Assembly: GCA_947383095.1 (NCBI GenBank)
Contig: CANDBZ010000003.1
Coordinates: 1 to 44,192, forward strand
Direction of reading: 5' to 3'
Source of the DNA: an uncultured Clostridia bacterium
Lineage (GTDB): Bacteria; Bacillota; Clostridia; Christensenellales; CAG-917
Length of the DNA: 44,192 nt
Part shown: positions 25,203 to 34,594 of the stretch, in pieces
Layout of the letters: each line of letters opens with the position of its first letter
Position numbering within the stretch: position 1 is the first letter of the stretch
Notes under the pieces: model-generated
Seen by the model: only the letters and a program-made list of their open reading frames with translations
The model's database searches: none
Told to the model about the DNA's origin: nothing
Program-made: the position numbers and the translations under genes

Positions 25203-25907
25203 GTGGATATCTCTAAACAGTGGGAAGTGTTTGTCCGCACTTTTGTGACAAACGAAGGATATAAGGATGTATTGCTGGGTTTGAAAAACACAGCATACAT
25301 TGCTTTATTCGGCTTTTTGATCGGCATCGTCATAGGCATTGTCGTTGCCGTCATAAAGGTGAGCGGCAAGCAGAGCAAGTTCGCAAAGGCGCTGTCCCGC
25401 ATAGGCGACGTTTACGTCGGCTTTTTCAGGGGCACGCCTATAATAGTGCAACTGCTTTTGATCTATTACGTGCTGTTTCCGCTTATGGGCGTGACGGTCG
25501 ACAAGCTTGTCGTGGCGATAGTCACCTTCGGCATAAACAGCGGCGCGTACGTCAGCGAGATTATGCGCAGCGGCATACAGTCCGTGGACGTCGGGCAGCT
25601 GGAGGCGGGGCGCAGTCTCGGCATGTCGTATTCTACGACGATGATGCGCGTAGTTATTCCGCAGGCGGTCAAAAACAGTCTCCCGTCCCTCGGCAACGAG
25701 CTCATCGCGCTTGTGAAGGACACGTCGGTCGCGGGATTTATAGCGGTTTTCGACCTGACGCAGGCGTTTAAGCTTATCGGCTCTTCGTCGTACGCATACA
25801 TAATACCTTACGTAATGCTCGCGTTGTTCTATCTTGTGATAGTGCTTGCGCTGACCTTGATAATCAAACTGATCGAAAGGAGGTTGAGAAAGAGTGAGCG
25901 ACATTGA
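25203..25907 (+). CDS. Polar amino-acid ABC transporter permease
   Basis: FFRGTPIIVQL, SGAYVSEIMRSGI, GQLEAGRSLG, LVKDTS. Confidence 0.93.
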   Translation: MDISKQWEVFVRTFVTNEGYKDVLLGLKNTAYIALFGFLIGIVIGIVVAVIKVSGKQSKFAKALSRIGDVYVGFFRGTPIIVQLLLIYYVLFPLMGVTVDKLVVAIVTFGINSGAYVSEIMRSGIQSVDVGQLEAGRSLGMSYSTTMMRVVIPQAVKNSLPSLGNELIALVKDTSVAGFIAVFDLTQAFKLIGSSSYAYIIPYVMLALFYLVIVLALTLIIKLIERRLRKSERH

Positions 25908-27078
25908 CTTGATCCAAGACGCAACCTCCGATATCGTCGCAGAGGAAGCCGAGGCGCAAAAGTCCGTCGCCGACGAGCAATCGGCGCAAACGGAGCCTGT
26001 TGCCGCGCCGCTTATCGAGGTGAAGCATCTTTCCAAGGAATTCGGCGATTTGCTTGTGCTCGACAACATATCCGCCAAGATCTACGAGGGAGAGCGCATT
26101 GTCGTCGTGGGGCCGTCCGGCGGCGGCAAATCCACGTTTTTGCGCTGCCTCAACTGCCTCGAGGACCCGACTGCCGGCAAGATATTCTTCGACGGCGTGG
26201 ATATTGCCGACCTCAAGGTGAATATCAACACTCATCGCCAGAAGATGGGCATGGTGTTTCAGCAGTTCAACCTCTTCAACAATATGACGGTCAAGCGCAA
26301 CATCACGCTTGCTCCCGTGCGCATAGGTATACAGAATATGCGCAAGGCGCAGCTTAAAAACCTGCTCGTGCCCGTTCACAATCTTATCTTTAAGCTGTTT
26401 GGCAGGGCGCAGAATAAAGCCGTCGAAAAGAGGATAGAAAAGCTGCAAAACAAGGTTAAAGAGCTAAAATCACAGCTTAAACCGCTTGTTGCGCAATGGC
26501 AGAGCACAAAAGGCACCAAGGAGATCGCGGGAAAATCCTATGTCGAATACGACGCGAAGCTTACCAAGAAAAAGCTTAAGCTCACCGACCGCATAGAAAA
26601 AACGGAGCGTAAAATCGTGCATACCGTTCCTATGCGTATGCTTGAGAAGCAGACGCTTGAAAACACTTCCGTCAAACTGATAAAGCTTGAAGCCGCCGCG
26701 CTTGCCGACAGGCTTCTGCAAAGGATAGGGCTTGCGGATAAGGCGGACGTATACCCGTCAACCTTGAGCGGCGGGCAAAAACAGCGCGTCGCGATCGCAA
26801 GGGCGCTTGCGATGCAACCCAAGGTGATTTTGTTTGACGAGCCGACTTCCGCGCTCGACCCCGAAATGGTCGGCGAGGTGCTGGATCTTATCAAGCAGGT
26901 AGCCGACGAGGGCATGACCATGGTGATAGTCACCCATGAAATGGCTTTTGCAAGGGAGGTCGGCACGCGCATATTTTTCATGGCGCAGGGCAAGATATTG
27001 GAGCAGAGCGCGCCGGACGATTTTTTCGACAGTCCTCAACATCCGCGCTTGCAGGAATTCCTTAAAAAAGTGCTGTGA
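25894..27078 (+). CDS. Polar amino-acid ABC transporter ATPase (GlnQ-like) with a ~120-aa insertion
   Basis: Walker A GPSGGGKS, Q-loop VFQQFNLF, LSGGQKQR, LFDEPTSALDPE, VTHEM. Confidence 0.92.
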   Translation: MSDIDLIQDATSDIVAEEAEAQKSVADEQSAQTEPVAAPLIEVKHLSKEFGDLLVLDNISAKIYEGERIVVVGPSGGGKSTFLRCLNCLEDPTAGKIFFDGVDIADLKVNINTHRQKMGMVFQQFNLFNNMTVKRNITLAPVRIGIQNMRKAQLKNLLVPVHNLIFKLFGRAQNKAVEKRIEKLQNKVKELKSQLKPLVAQWQSTKGTKEIAGKSYVEYDAKLTKKKLKLTDRIEKTERKIVHTVPMRMLEKQTLENTSVKLIKLEAAALADRLLQRIGLADKADVYPSTLSGGQKQRVAIARALAMQPKVILFDEPTSALDPEMVGEVLDLIKQVADEGMTMVIVTHEMAFAREVGTRIFFMAQGKILEQSAPDDFFDSPQHPRLQEFLKKVL

Positions 27079-27105
27079 AGCCCGACTTCGCAATATTAAA
27101 AAGCG

Positions 27106-27134
27106 ACCCGCCCGTCAAGGCGGGTTTAATTTTT
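27106..27134 (+). terminator. Probable terminator after the ABC operon
   Basis: ACCCGCC-cgtcaa-GGCGGGT followed by a T-rich tail. Confidence 0.6.
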
Positions 27135-27194
27135 CTTTACACGCTCAATTATAAGTGATATTATAATAAATACTGAAAATGGGAGAACTGTGTT

Positions 27195-28175
27195 TTGAAA
27201 TACGGCGAACTTGCAAAGCATTTAAACGACGCGGCTGCGGGACTGACCGATCTTGCGCCCCTTTATATTGTCTGGGGTGCGGACGATTATCTTCGCGCAA
27301 ATGCCGTGAGGTTGTTGTCCTCGCTTGTTGAGGAGGATTTTGCGACGTTCAATTTTTCGCGGTTTTCGGACGAAAACGCCGTTCAGGACGCTTTGGAGGT
27401 AGTCAATACCTATCCCGTTTTCGGTCAATACAGAGTCGTCGTGGTCAAGGCGAGTCAAAAGCTCGCGGACGCGGATAAGGAAAGCATAAAAAATTATCTG
27501 CAATCGCCGCTTTCCTCGTCCGTATTTGTGTTGGATTGCGAGGGCGACGCAGGCACGGGTCTTAAGCTGAAAGGCGCTCAAAGCGTGGATTGCTCCTTGC
27601 TCGAGGCGGGAGAGCTTGCAAATGAAATAAGGCTCATATGCAAACAGAGTCCGGAGCGGTCTATAGATACCGCCGCGGCGAACGAGCTCATAGAGAGGAC
27701 GGCGCGCTCTATGTCGCGTATCTCGAGCGAGCTTGTCAAGCTCAAGGCGTATTGCGAGGACTGCATAACCTATAAGGACGTGTGCGATATGGTCGCGCCC
27801 GATTTGGATTTTCGCATTTTCGAGCTTGCAGGCGCGGTCAGCGAAAAAAACGCGGACAGAGCCTTTAAGATACTCGACGCGTTTCGCGTGAGCGGCATAA
27901 GGTCGATGAGCATACTCAATCTGCTGTACGACAGATACCGCAAAATGCTGCACGCCGAGCTGCACAAGGGATTGAGCAACGACGAATTGGGCAAGCTTCT
28001 TGATATGAAGGGCGGCGCGGTGTATTATCTGCGCAAGGCTTCGTCGGGATATTCGCAGGTCAGGCTCAAGCGCAGCGTGGATTATCTTCACGGCTTGCAA
28101 TATGACGTTTTGAGAGGCAAACGCGCGGAAAACAGCGCTTTGCAGCAAGCCGTCATCGAGCTGCTATCGCTATAA
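27195..28175 (+). CDS. holA: DNA polymerase III delta subunit
   Basis: LYIVWGADDYL, PVFGQYRVVVVK, ELVKLKAY, IFELAGAV; size and layout fit HolA. Confidence 0.85.
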   Translation: MKYGELAKHLNDAAAGLTDLAPLYIVWGADDYLRANAVRLLSSLVEEDFATFNFSRFSDENAVQDALEVVNTYPVFGQYRVVVVKASQKLADADKESIKNYLQSPLSSSVFVLDCEGDAGTGLKLKGAQSVDCSLLEAGELANEIRLICKQSPERSIDTAAANELIERTARSMSRISSELVKLKAYCEDCITYKDVCDMVAPDLDFRIFELAGAVSEKNADRAFKILDAFRVSGIRSMSILNLLYDRYRKMLHAELHKGLSNDELGKLLDMKGGAVYYLRKASSGYSQVRLKRSVDYLHGLQYDVLRGKRAENSALQQAVIELLSL

Positions 28176-28188
28176 AGGAAGGTGAAAT

Positions 28189-29064
28189 ATGACAGCAAAT
28201 AAGGTCAACAAAAAGTTTTTCGTCTGGATTTGGCTGGCGTTGGTTTTGGCGTGCTTTATGCGCAACGCGTTCAATATTTACGCGAGCGTAGTCGGAATAG
28301 AGGAGCCGAGCCGCATCGGGATCTTCATCGAGGTGATAAGGATCATATTTGCCTACGGCGCTATTCCCGCGGTGGTCACGTTCGTATGCGCGCTGGTGGT
28401 ATGGCAGATAGGCTTCTCGAGGTTTGTCAGATGCGTTTCGCGCAATGACTTTTGCTATATCGTCATGGCGTTTACGGCGGCGGTGCGCTTTTTGGTGGGC
28501 ATAATAGAGATCTTTTCCATCCTCGATCCGAACGTTTATGCTTTTACCTCTTCCGTGCTCGATTTCGTGTTGCTGACGGCGGCGATGCTCGTCATGTTCT
28601 TTTGCGTTTTGTGCAGGAATTATCATTTCAATCCCGTGGAAAAATATAACGCGTTCAAGCTGTGGTCGATCATATACATGGTCGTCGCGGGGTTGCTCGT
28701 CTTTGTGGAGAATATCGCGATCGCGCTTTTGTTTGACGGCAGCGCGTTAAGCAACGAGATATTGTCTCTTTTGAATTCGTTGGGATATTATTTTATGGCG
28801 AGCAAGGTGCAGTATGCCGCGAGCATTACGGCAATAGTCGCGTACGTCGCATATCTTATCGTAGTGATAGCGCTCGGCGAGGTTATGCGCAAGGAAGCGA
28901 ATAAATTCCGCAATCCGGAGACGCGCGGCGAGTATTTTGCCACGCATGACAACCGCGCGTACAATATGCGCACGGACGTCGACAGCACTTTCGCCGGCTA
29001 TGACAAGGGCGATACGCAGACGAAAAAAGAGGACGAACACGTCTTTGACGAATTCGATCTTTGA
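28189..29064 (+). CDS. Hypothetical multi-pass membrane protein (about 6 TM, acidic C-tail)
   Basis: Multiple hydrophobic segments, RBS GGAAGGTG, operonic between holA and cdaA. Confidence 0.75.
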   Translation: MTANKVNKKFFVWIWLALVLACFMRNAFNIYASVVGIEEPSRIGIFIEVIRIIFAYGAIPAVVTFVCALVVWQIGFSRFVRCVSRNDFCYIVMAFTAAVRFLVGIIEIFSILDPNVYAFTSSVLDFVLLTAAMLVMFFCVLCRNYHFNPVEKYNAFKLWSIIYMVVAGLLVFVENIAIALLFDGSALSNEILSLLNSLGYYFMASKVQYAASITAIVAYVAYLIVVIALGEVMRKEANKFRNPETRGEYFATHDNRAYNMRTDVDSTFAGYDKGDTQTKKEDEHVFDEFDL

Positions 29065-29079
29065 TAATTTGGAGGGAGT

Positions 29080-29934
29080 ATGACATACAATTTCGTCGAG
29101 TTTTTTACAAACCTCAACTATTATGCGATCATCGACGCCGTGATTTTTATTGCGGTGATGGCGGTCATGCTGTTGTTTTTCATCTACAAGCGCAACGTAA
29201 AGGTTTTGCTGCTTCTGCTCATAGGCGCGGTGCTTGACATCGTTATCAACGTGCTCGCCGAGGTCGCGGGCGGCGCTTCGCTGGAGATCGCGAGATACAT
29301 AACGCACTTTGTCGTCGTCTTCGATATAGTCGCGGCTTGCGTCGTCTATCAGAACGATTTGAAAAACATCTTCCAAAAGGTATCCAGCGCGCGAAACGTG
29401 GAGCTTCACAACAGCAACGACGAGCTGCGCGCGTCGACGTTGGAAATACTTACCGCCTGCCAGAATATGGCGAAGCAGGACGTTGGCGCAATCATCATCA
29501 TCGACTCCGTCGGCGATATACACGAAAACATACTCGATACCGGCACCCGTCTCGACGCGGTGCTGTCCGCGCCTTTGCTCGAGAGCATATTCAACACCAA
29601 AGCGCCGCTTCACGACGGGGCGGTGATAGTACGCGGCAACAGGATAATCGCGGCGGGCTGCTTCTTGACTCTGACGCAACGCAACGTAAATAAAGAGATG
29701 GGCACACGTCACCGCGCCGCTATAGGCGTCACGGAGGAGACGGACGTGCTTTCCATCGTCGTCAGCGAAGAGACGGGTATTATATCCGTTGTCAAGCACG
29801 GCGAGATAAAGAGATATATGACCATGGATAAGCTCAACGACGAGATAGAGCTCGCCTACGGCATTTCGCCCAACGTCGTTGCCAATCGCGAGCTTCAAAC
29901 CAAGAAGAAACACAAAAATCGGAGATTTTTATGA
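29080..29934 (+). CDS. cdaA: Diadenylate cyclase (CdaA/DacA type)
   Basis: Three N-terminal TM helices; DAC motifs PLHDGA, GTRHRAA and VVSEETG. Confidence 0.92.
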   Translation: MTYNFVEFFTNLNYYAIIDAVIFIAVMAVMLLFFIYKRNVKVLLLLLIGAVLDIVINVLAEVAGGASLEIARYITHFVVVFDIVAACVVYQNDLKNIFQKVSSARNVELHNSNDELRASTLEILTACQNMAKQDVGAIIIIDSVGDIHENILDTGTRLDAVLSAPLLESIFNTKAPLHDGAVIVRGNRIIAAGCFLTLTQRNVNKEMGTRHRAAIGVTEETDVLSIVVSEETGIISVVKHGEIKRYMTMDKLNDEIELAYGISPNVVANRELQTKKKHKNRRFL

Positions 29935-31127
29935 GCAGTGTCAAAGCTATAGATATTTTGTTGCCGAAGCGCGCCGACTATGAAAAATGGGCGGTCGTCG
30001 CATGCGATCAATTCACGTCGCAGCCCGATTATTGGAAGGCTCTCGACGCTTTTGTGGGCGACGCGCCAAGCGCTTTGAGGCTTGTGTATCCCGAGGTATA
30101 CCTCGACGGCGAGGACGACGAAAAGCGCATTTCGGATATTCACCGCGCAATGAAGAGCTATCTCGACGGCGGCGTTTTTACGGAGTATAAAAACACGTTC
30201 GTGCTTGTGGAAAGGCGTACGCCGTACGGCAATGTCAGGCGAGGGCTGGTTGCTGCGATCGATCTTGAGGACTATTGCTTCACGCATCCGTCCGACTTCG
30301 CTATACGTTCGACGGAGGGCGTAGTGCCGAGCAGGATCCCGCCGCGTCTCAAAATACGCGACGGCGCGCCGCTTGAGTTGCCGCACGTCATTTTACTTAT
30401 AGACGACGATAAGAAGAGCGTTATCGAGAAGCTTTGCGAGAACGCCCGCGACGCGCTTTATGACTTCGATCTCAATATGGGCGGAGGACATCTTCGCGGA
30501 TACCGCGTAGACGCAAGCGAGGCGCTTCCTCTCTTTGAAGCGTACGAAGCGCGCAAGCTCGCCGAAGGCAACTTCCCGTATGCGGTAGGAGACGGCAATC
30601 ATTCGCTCGCGTCGGCGCAGGCATATTGGCAGAAGGTGAAGGCGGAGTTGTCCGTTGAGGAGATAGAAAGTCATCCCGCGCGTTTCGCGCTCTGCGAGAT
30701 AGAAAATCTTTATGACGACGGTATTGCGTTCGAGCCGATACACAGATTTGTGTTCGGCGCGGCGCAGGATTTGATTGACGAACTTTTGTCGGGGCTTGAC
30801 GGCAAAGAAAGGCTGACGGCGTACTGCGACGGCGCGCGTACGGATATAAATATACCTGTCGTCAGCGCGGAGGCGATAGCCGCGGTGCAGGGTATAGTAG
30901 AGGAATATTTGGAAAGTCATCCCGATTGCAAAGCCGATTATATACACGGAGAGGACAATCTCAAAGCGGTTGCCGCCGCCAATAAGGGCGTGGCGATAGT
31001 CATGCCGAAGATAAAGAAAGAGGATCTGTTCCGATACGTATCTCAAAAGGGCGCGCTGTGCAAAAAAGCGTTTTCTATGGGCGAAGCCCAGGAGAAGCGC
31101 TATTATGTCGAGGCAAAGCGTATTTGA
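29931..31127 (+). CDS. DUF1015 family protein
   Basis: KWAVVACDQFTSQ, RIPPR..IR..APLELPH, AVGDGNHSLA, FEPIHR, FSMGEA.EKRYY. Confidence 0.8.
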   Translation: MSSVKAIDILLPKRADYEKWAVVACDQFTSQPDYWKALDAFVGDAPSALRLVYPEVYLDGEDDEKRISDIHRAMKSYLDGGVFTEYKNTFVLVERRTPYGNVRRGLVAAIDLEDYCFTHPSDFAIRSTEGVVPSRIPPRLKIRDGAPLELPHVILLIDDDKKSVIEKLCENARDALYDFDLNMGGGHLRGYRVDASEALPLFEAYEARKLAEGNFPYAVGDGNHSLASAQAYWQKVKAELSVEEIESHPARFALCEIENLYDDGIAFEPIHRFVFGAAQDLIDELLSGLDGKERLTAYCDGARTDINIPVVSAEAIAAVQGIVEEYLESHPDCKADYIHGEDNLKAVAAANKGVAIVMPKIKKEDLFRYVSQKGALCKKAFSMGEAQEKRYYVEAKRI

Positions 31128-31192
31128 GCGCTGCGGTGTGTCGCAAAGCCGCCGTTTTATAATACAATAAAGAGACGACGATCGGGGTGTAG

Positions 31193-32506
31193 ATGATGAA
31201 GGTATGTAAATTCGGCGGAACTTCTATGGCAAACGGAGAGACGATAAAAAAAGTCGTCGATATCGTTGTTGCCGACGGCGCGCGCAAATATATAGTTGTT
31301 TCCGCGCCAGGCAAAAGAGACGAGCGAGACTTTAAGGTGACCGACGCTCTTTATGACTGTTACGACGAAATTGTAAAAACAGGCAGTTGTGATGTCACTT
31401 TTGAACAGATAAAACGTCGTTTTGAAGAAATTTACAACGAACTCCAGATAGATTTCGATTTAAATGCCGCTCTGCGGGATATAAGGCGCGAGATGGAAAG
31501 CACCCGTTCGCGCGATTACGCCGCGTCTCGCGGCGAATACTTGAGCGCGATGATGCTCGCCGCAAAGCTGAACGCCGAATTCGTCGACGCGCAGGACGTT
31601 ATAGTGTTTGATAAAAACGGCGATCTGCTGCTTGACGAATCGCTTGAGAATTTCAGAAGAGAGCTCTGCGGCTTGGAAAGAGCGGTGATCCCCGGCTTTT
31701 ACGGCACGGATGCGGACGGAAATATCAAGACCTTTTCGCGCGGAGGCTCCGACATCACGGGCGCTATCGTAGCGACTGCGATGAATGCGGAGGTCTATGA
31801 AAATTGGACTGACGTCGACGGTTTTCTTGCCGCCGACCCGCGTATAGTGGACAGTCCGCGCACCATTGATTGTTTGAGCTACAGGGAAATGCGCGAGCTT
31901 TCCTATATGGGCGCGGAGGTGCTTCATCCGGAGTCGATATTTCCCGTACGGAGCGCGGGCATACCCATAAACATCAAAAACACCTTCAATCCAGACTGCC
32001 CCGGGACGCTTATAGTCGCGCACAGCAAGCGTACGGAGGGGAAAAACGTCGTCACGGGCATTGCGGGCAAAAAGGGCTTTACCATCATCAATATCGAAAA
32101 ACAAATGATGAACACCAAGATAGGCTTCGGCAGGCGTGTGCTCGCCGTCTTGGAGGACAACGGCATTTCCGTCGAGCACATACCGTCCGGCATAGACACC
32201 ATGTCAGTCGTCATAAGAGACGAGTTTTTGGGCGGCAAAATGCAGAGGGTTTTGGGGTGCTTGCAGGATTGCGTCAACGGCGACAATATAGAGATACACA
32301 GCGGGCTTTCGCTTATCGCGACGGTCGGGCACAATATGGCCTCGAGGCAGGGCACCGCCGCCACGCTGTTTAACGCGCTTGCGGACAGTCACGTCAATAT
32401 ACGCATGATAGACCAAGGCTCGTCCGAGCTAAATATCATCGTCGGCGTAGATACTCCCGATTACGAAAAAGCCATAAACGCGATATATCACGCGTTTTGC
32501 GGCTGA
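31193..32506 (+). CDS. lysC: Aspartate kinase
   Basis: KFGGTS, VVSAPGKR, SRGEYLSA, RGGSDITGA, WTDVDG, ELSYMGAEVLH, two ACT domains. Confidence 0.9.
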   Translation: MMKVCKFGGTSMANGETIKKVVDIVVADGARKYIVVSAPGKRDERDFKVTDALYDCYDEIVKTGSCDVTFEQIKRRFEEIYNELQIDFDLNAALRDIRREMESTRSRDYAASRGEYLSAMMLAAKLNAEFVDAQDVIVFDKNGDLLLDESLENFRRELCGLERAVIPGFYGTDADGNIKTFSRGGSDITGAIVATAMNAEVYENWTDVDGFLAADPRIVDSPRTIDCLSYREMRELSYMGAEVLHPESIFPVRSAGIPINIKNTFNPDCPGTLIVAHSKRTEGKNVVTGIAGKKGFTIINIEKQMMNTKIGFGRRVLAVLEDNGISVEHIPSGIDTMSVVIRDEFLGGKMQRVLGCLQDCVNGDNIEIHSGLSLIATVGHNMASRQGTAATLFNALADSHVNIRMIDQGSSELNIIVGVDTPDYEKAINAIYHAFCG

Positions 32507-32643
32507 CGCTTGGGATCTTGCGACGGATGTTTGTTAATTTTTGCCAAAATTTCCGATTTTGCTTTTAATTATCGCAATAGTTTGATAATATTATAAACAG
32601 TCAATAATAGTGCCGTGCGTGCGCGCGATACAGGAGTACTCAT

Positions 32644-33678
32644 ATGGACGAAAGTAAATTTTCATTGATAAAGAAATCTGCTGCGCTTTTTAAAGAGAAA
32701 AAATATATAGAAAGCGGCTATGTCGCCGTGCGCGAAAACGACGGCATTCTTATTACCGCGTCCGGCGCGGATCTGGGCAATCTGGCGGAGCAGGACGTCG
32801 TCTTTGTAAACGACAAAAACATCGATACGCTCGATGGCAATTTCCGTGCGGCGGCGGTCATTCTGTTTTGCGCTATAAGACAGGATAAGACCGCGACGGC
32901 CGGCGCGATCGTGGACAGCGACAATATTTTAAAATTTTCATCCAAACGCAAGACGATGCTTCCCATATTGGACGAGCTTGCGCATTTGTGCGGGATAAGC
33001 GTCAAGTGCGCCGCGAGAAACGTCGCGGCGGAAATAGTGACGTCCCTGTCGGGTCAGCGCAACGCTTGCTTTATGCCCGACGCAGGCGCGGTCGTAAAGG
33101 GGCGTAGCCTCGAAGAAGCTTTTGAGGCGACCGCAGTCCTTGATAAAGCCGCCAATGCGGAGCTTCTTGCCGAGAGCAAAAGCGGGACGGAGCATTTGAG
33201 CATGGCGAGCGCGTTTATCGAGCACGCGATGTTCAGGCTCAAGACAAACAAAAATTTCAAGACGGGCAAAACGGCCGCGCAAGAACAGACTTCTTCCGAC
33301 GCGGAACAAACGGAGGAGCAGCCCTCTCAACCGCAAGGCGAACAAATGAAATACGACGATTTCGCGGTATTTGAAGAAGGTCGCGAGGGCGTTGCGATAT
33401 TCGTCCGTCCATACTATGCGAGCGCTGCTGCGGCAATGGGCAAGCCTTTGCCAGTACCCGACGAATACAAGGATAAGCTCGGCAACGAAATTCCGTGCGC
33501 GCCGACCGCATGCCCTTCGTCTAAAAAAGCCGTAAAAAACGTGCAGGCGGTTTTAGGCGACGCTCCCGCATGCTTTATTTCGCAAAGGGGATTGGTGGCG
33601 ACTGGCAAGGACGCGGAGGAAGCTATGGCGGTTTGCAATGAAGTTGAAGAGGCGTGCAGAGCTTATTTTGAAAAATAA
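32644..33678 (+). CDS. Class II aldolase/adducin-like protein with a duplicated domain and no zinc-binding histidines
   Basis: GYVAVR..ILITASG, ACFMPDAGAVVKGRSLEEA, and a second copy ACFISQRGLVATGKDAEEA. Confidence 0.7.
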   Translation: MDESKFSLIKKSAALFKEKKYIESGYVAVRENDGILITASGADLGNLAEQDVVFVNDKNIDTLDGNFRAAAVILFCAIRQDKTATAGAIVDSDNILKFSSKRKTMLPILDELAHLCGISVKCAARNVAAEIVTSLSGQRNACFMPDAGAVVKGRSLEEAFEATAVLDKAANAELLAESKSGTEHLSMASAFIEHAMFRLKTNKNFKTGKTAAQEQTSSDAEQTEEQPSQPQGEQMKYDDFAVFEEGREGVAIFVRPYYASAAAAMGKPLPVPDEYKDKLGNEIPCAPTACPSSKKAVKNVQAVLGDAPACFISQRGLVATGKDAEEAMAVCNEVEEACRAYFEK

Positions 33679-33869
33679 GAGAGCTGTGACGATCTATGGT
33701 GCGGCGGTCTCGCCGCGCTTTAATATTTATAAGAGATAATATATAAAAATATACAATATTATAAACGGAATTTTTTCGGCATAATTTTCAGTCTTTTTGC
33801 GGTTGAATATACCTTTCGTGTTTTTGTGTCAAAATTGCGAATTATTTTACTTTTACTTATACATTTCGT

Positions 33870-33898
33870 TTGACACGGGATTTTTATTTGGATATAAT
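33870..33898 (+). promoter_or_regulatory. Sigma-A promoter of the xpt-nucleoside ABC operon
   Basis: Perfect TTGACA-17-TATAAT. Confidence 0.8.
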
Positions 33899-33985
33899 TC
33901 ACCTATCATTTGCGAGCAACCAATCAGCTAATGCACGATTGCGGCAAACGCCGCGCAGCCGTTTTTAGGCGGAGAGGGGTGCACA

Positions 33986-34564
33986 ATGCAACTTCTGGAG
34001 GAGCGCATTTTGAGAGACGGCAGGGTTTATCCCGGCAACGTTCTCAAGGTCGGCGGATTTCTTAATCATCTTATCGACGAGCGACTGCTTGACGAGATAG
34101 GAAAGGAGATTGCCGCGCGCTTTTGCGAGCAGAATGTGACAAAAATCATGACTATCGAAGCATCGGGTATAGCTATAGCCTGCGCAGCAGCGCACTATAT
34201 GCACGCTCCGGTGCTTTTTGCTAAAAAAAGCAAGACGTCGAACGTGTCAAGCGACTGCTTCAGCGCGCAGGTCGTGTCGTACACGCACAACAACACGGCG
34301 ACCGTTATTGTCGACAAAGAGTATTTGCTTGCAGGAGACCGCGTGCTCATCGTGGACGATTTTCTTGCAAACGGGGCGGCGGTGCGCGGTTTGATGAGCC
34401 TTGTCAATCAGGCCGGCGCGACTCTCGTGGGTTGCGCGATAGCGATCGAAAAGGGCTTTCAAAATGGCGGAGCGGAGCTGCGCGCGGAGGGAGTGCGCGT
34501 AGAGAGCCTTGCAATCGTAGAGAGCATGACGGACGATACGCTCACATTAAGAAAACAAAAATAA
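33986..34564 (+). CDS. xpt: Xanthine phosphoribosyltransferase
   Basis: LKVGGFLNH, TIEASGIA, FAKK, PRPP motif VLIVDDFLANG, IEKGFQ.G. Confidence 0.93.
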   Translation: MQLLEERILRDGRVYPGNVLKVGGFLNHLIDERLLDEIGKEIAARFCEQNVTKIMTIEASGIAIACAAAHYMHAPVLFAKKSKTSNVSSDCFSAQVVSYTHNNTATVIVDKEYLLAGDRVLIVDDFLANGAAVRGLMSLVNQAGATLVGCAIAIEKGFQNGGAELRAEGVRVESLAIVESMTDDTLTLRKQK

Positions 34565-34594
34565 AGCCAACAGGCTAAAATAAGGAGAAACAAC

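Noticed and set aside
26326-26685. Intein or mobile insertion in the ABC ATPase
   Set aside because: No Cys/Ser start, His-Asn end or LAGLIDADG motifs; composition is coiled-coil-like.
32531-32548. Rex box upstream of the aldolase-like gene
   Set aside because: Only one half-site (TTGTTAA) matches, in an AT-rich region.
33900-33985. Canonical guanine/purine riboswitch upstream of xpt
   Set aside because: The conserved core sequences and an expression-platform terminator are not present.
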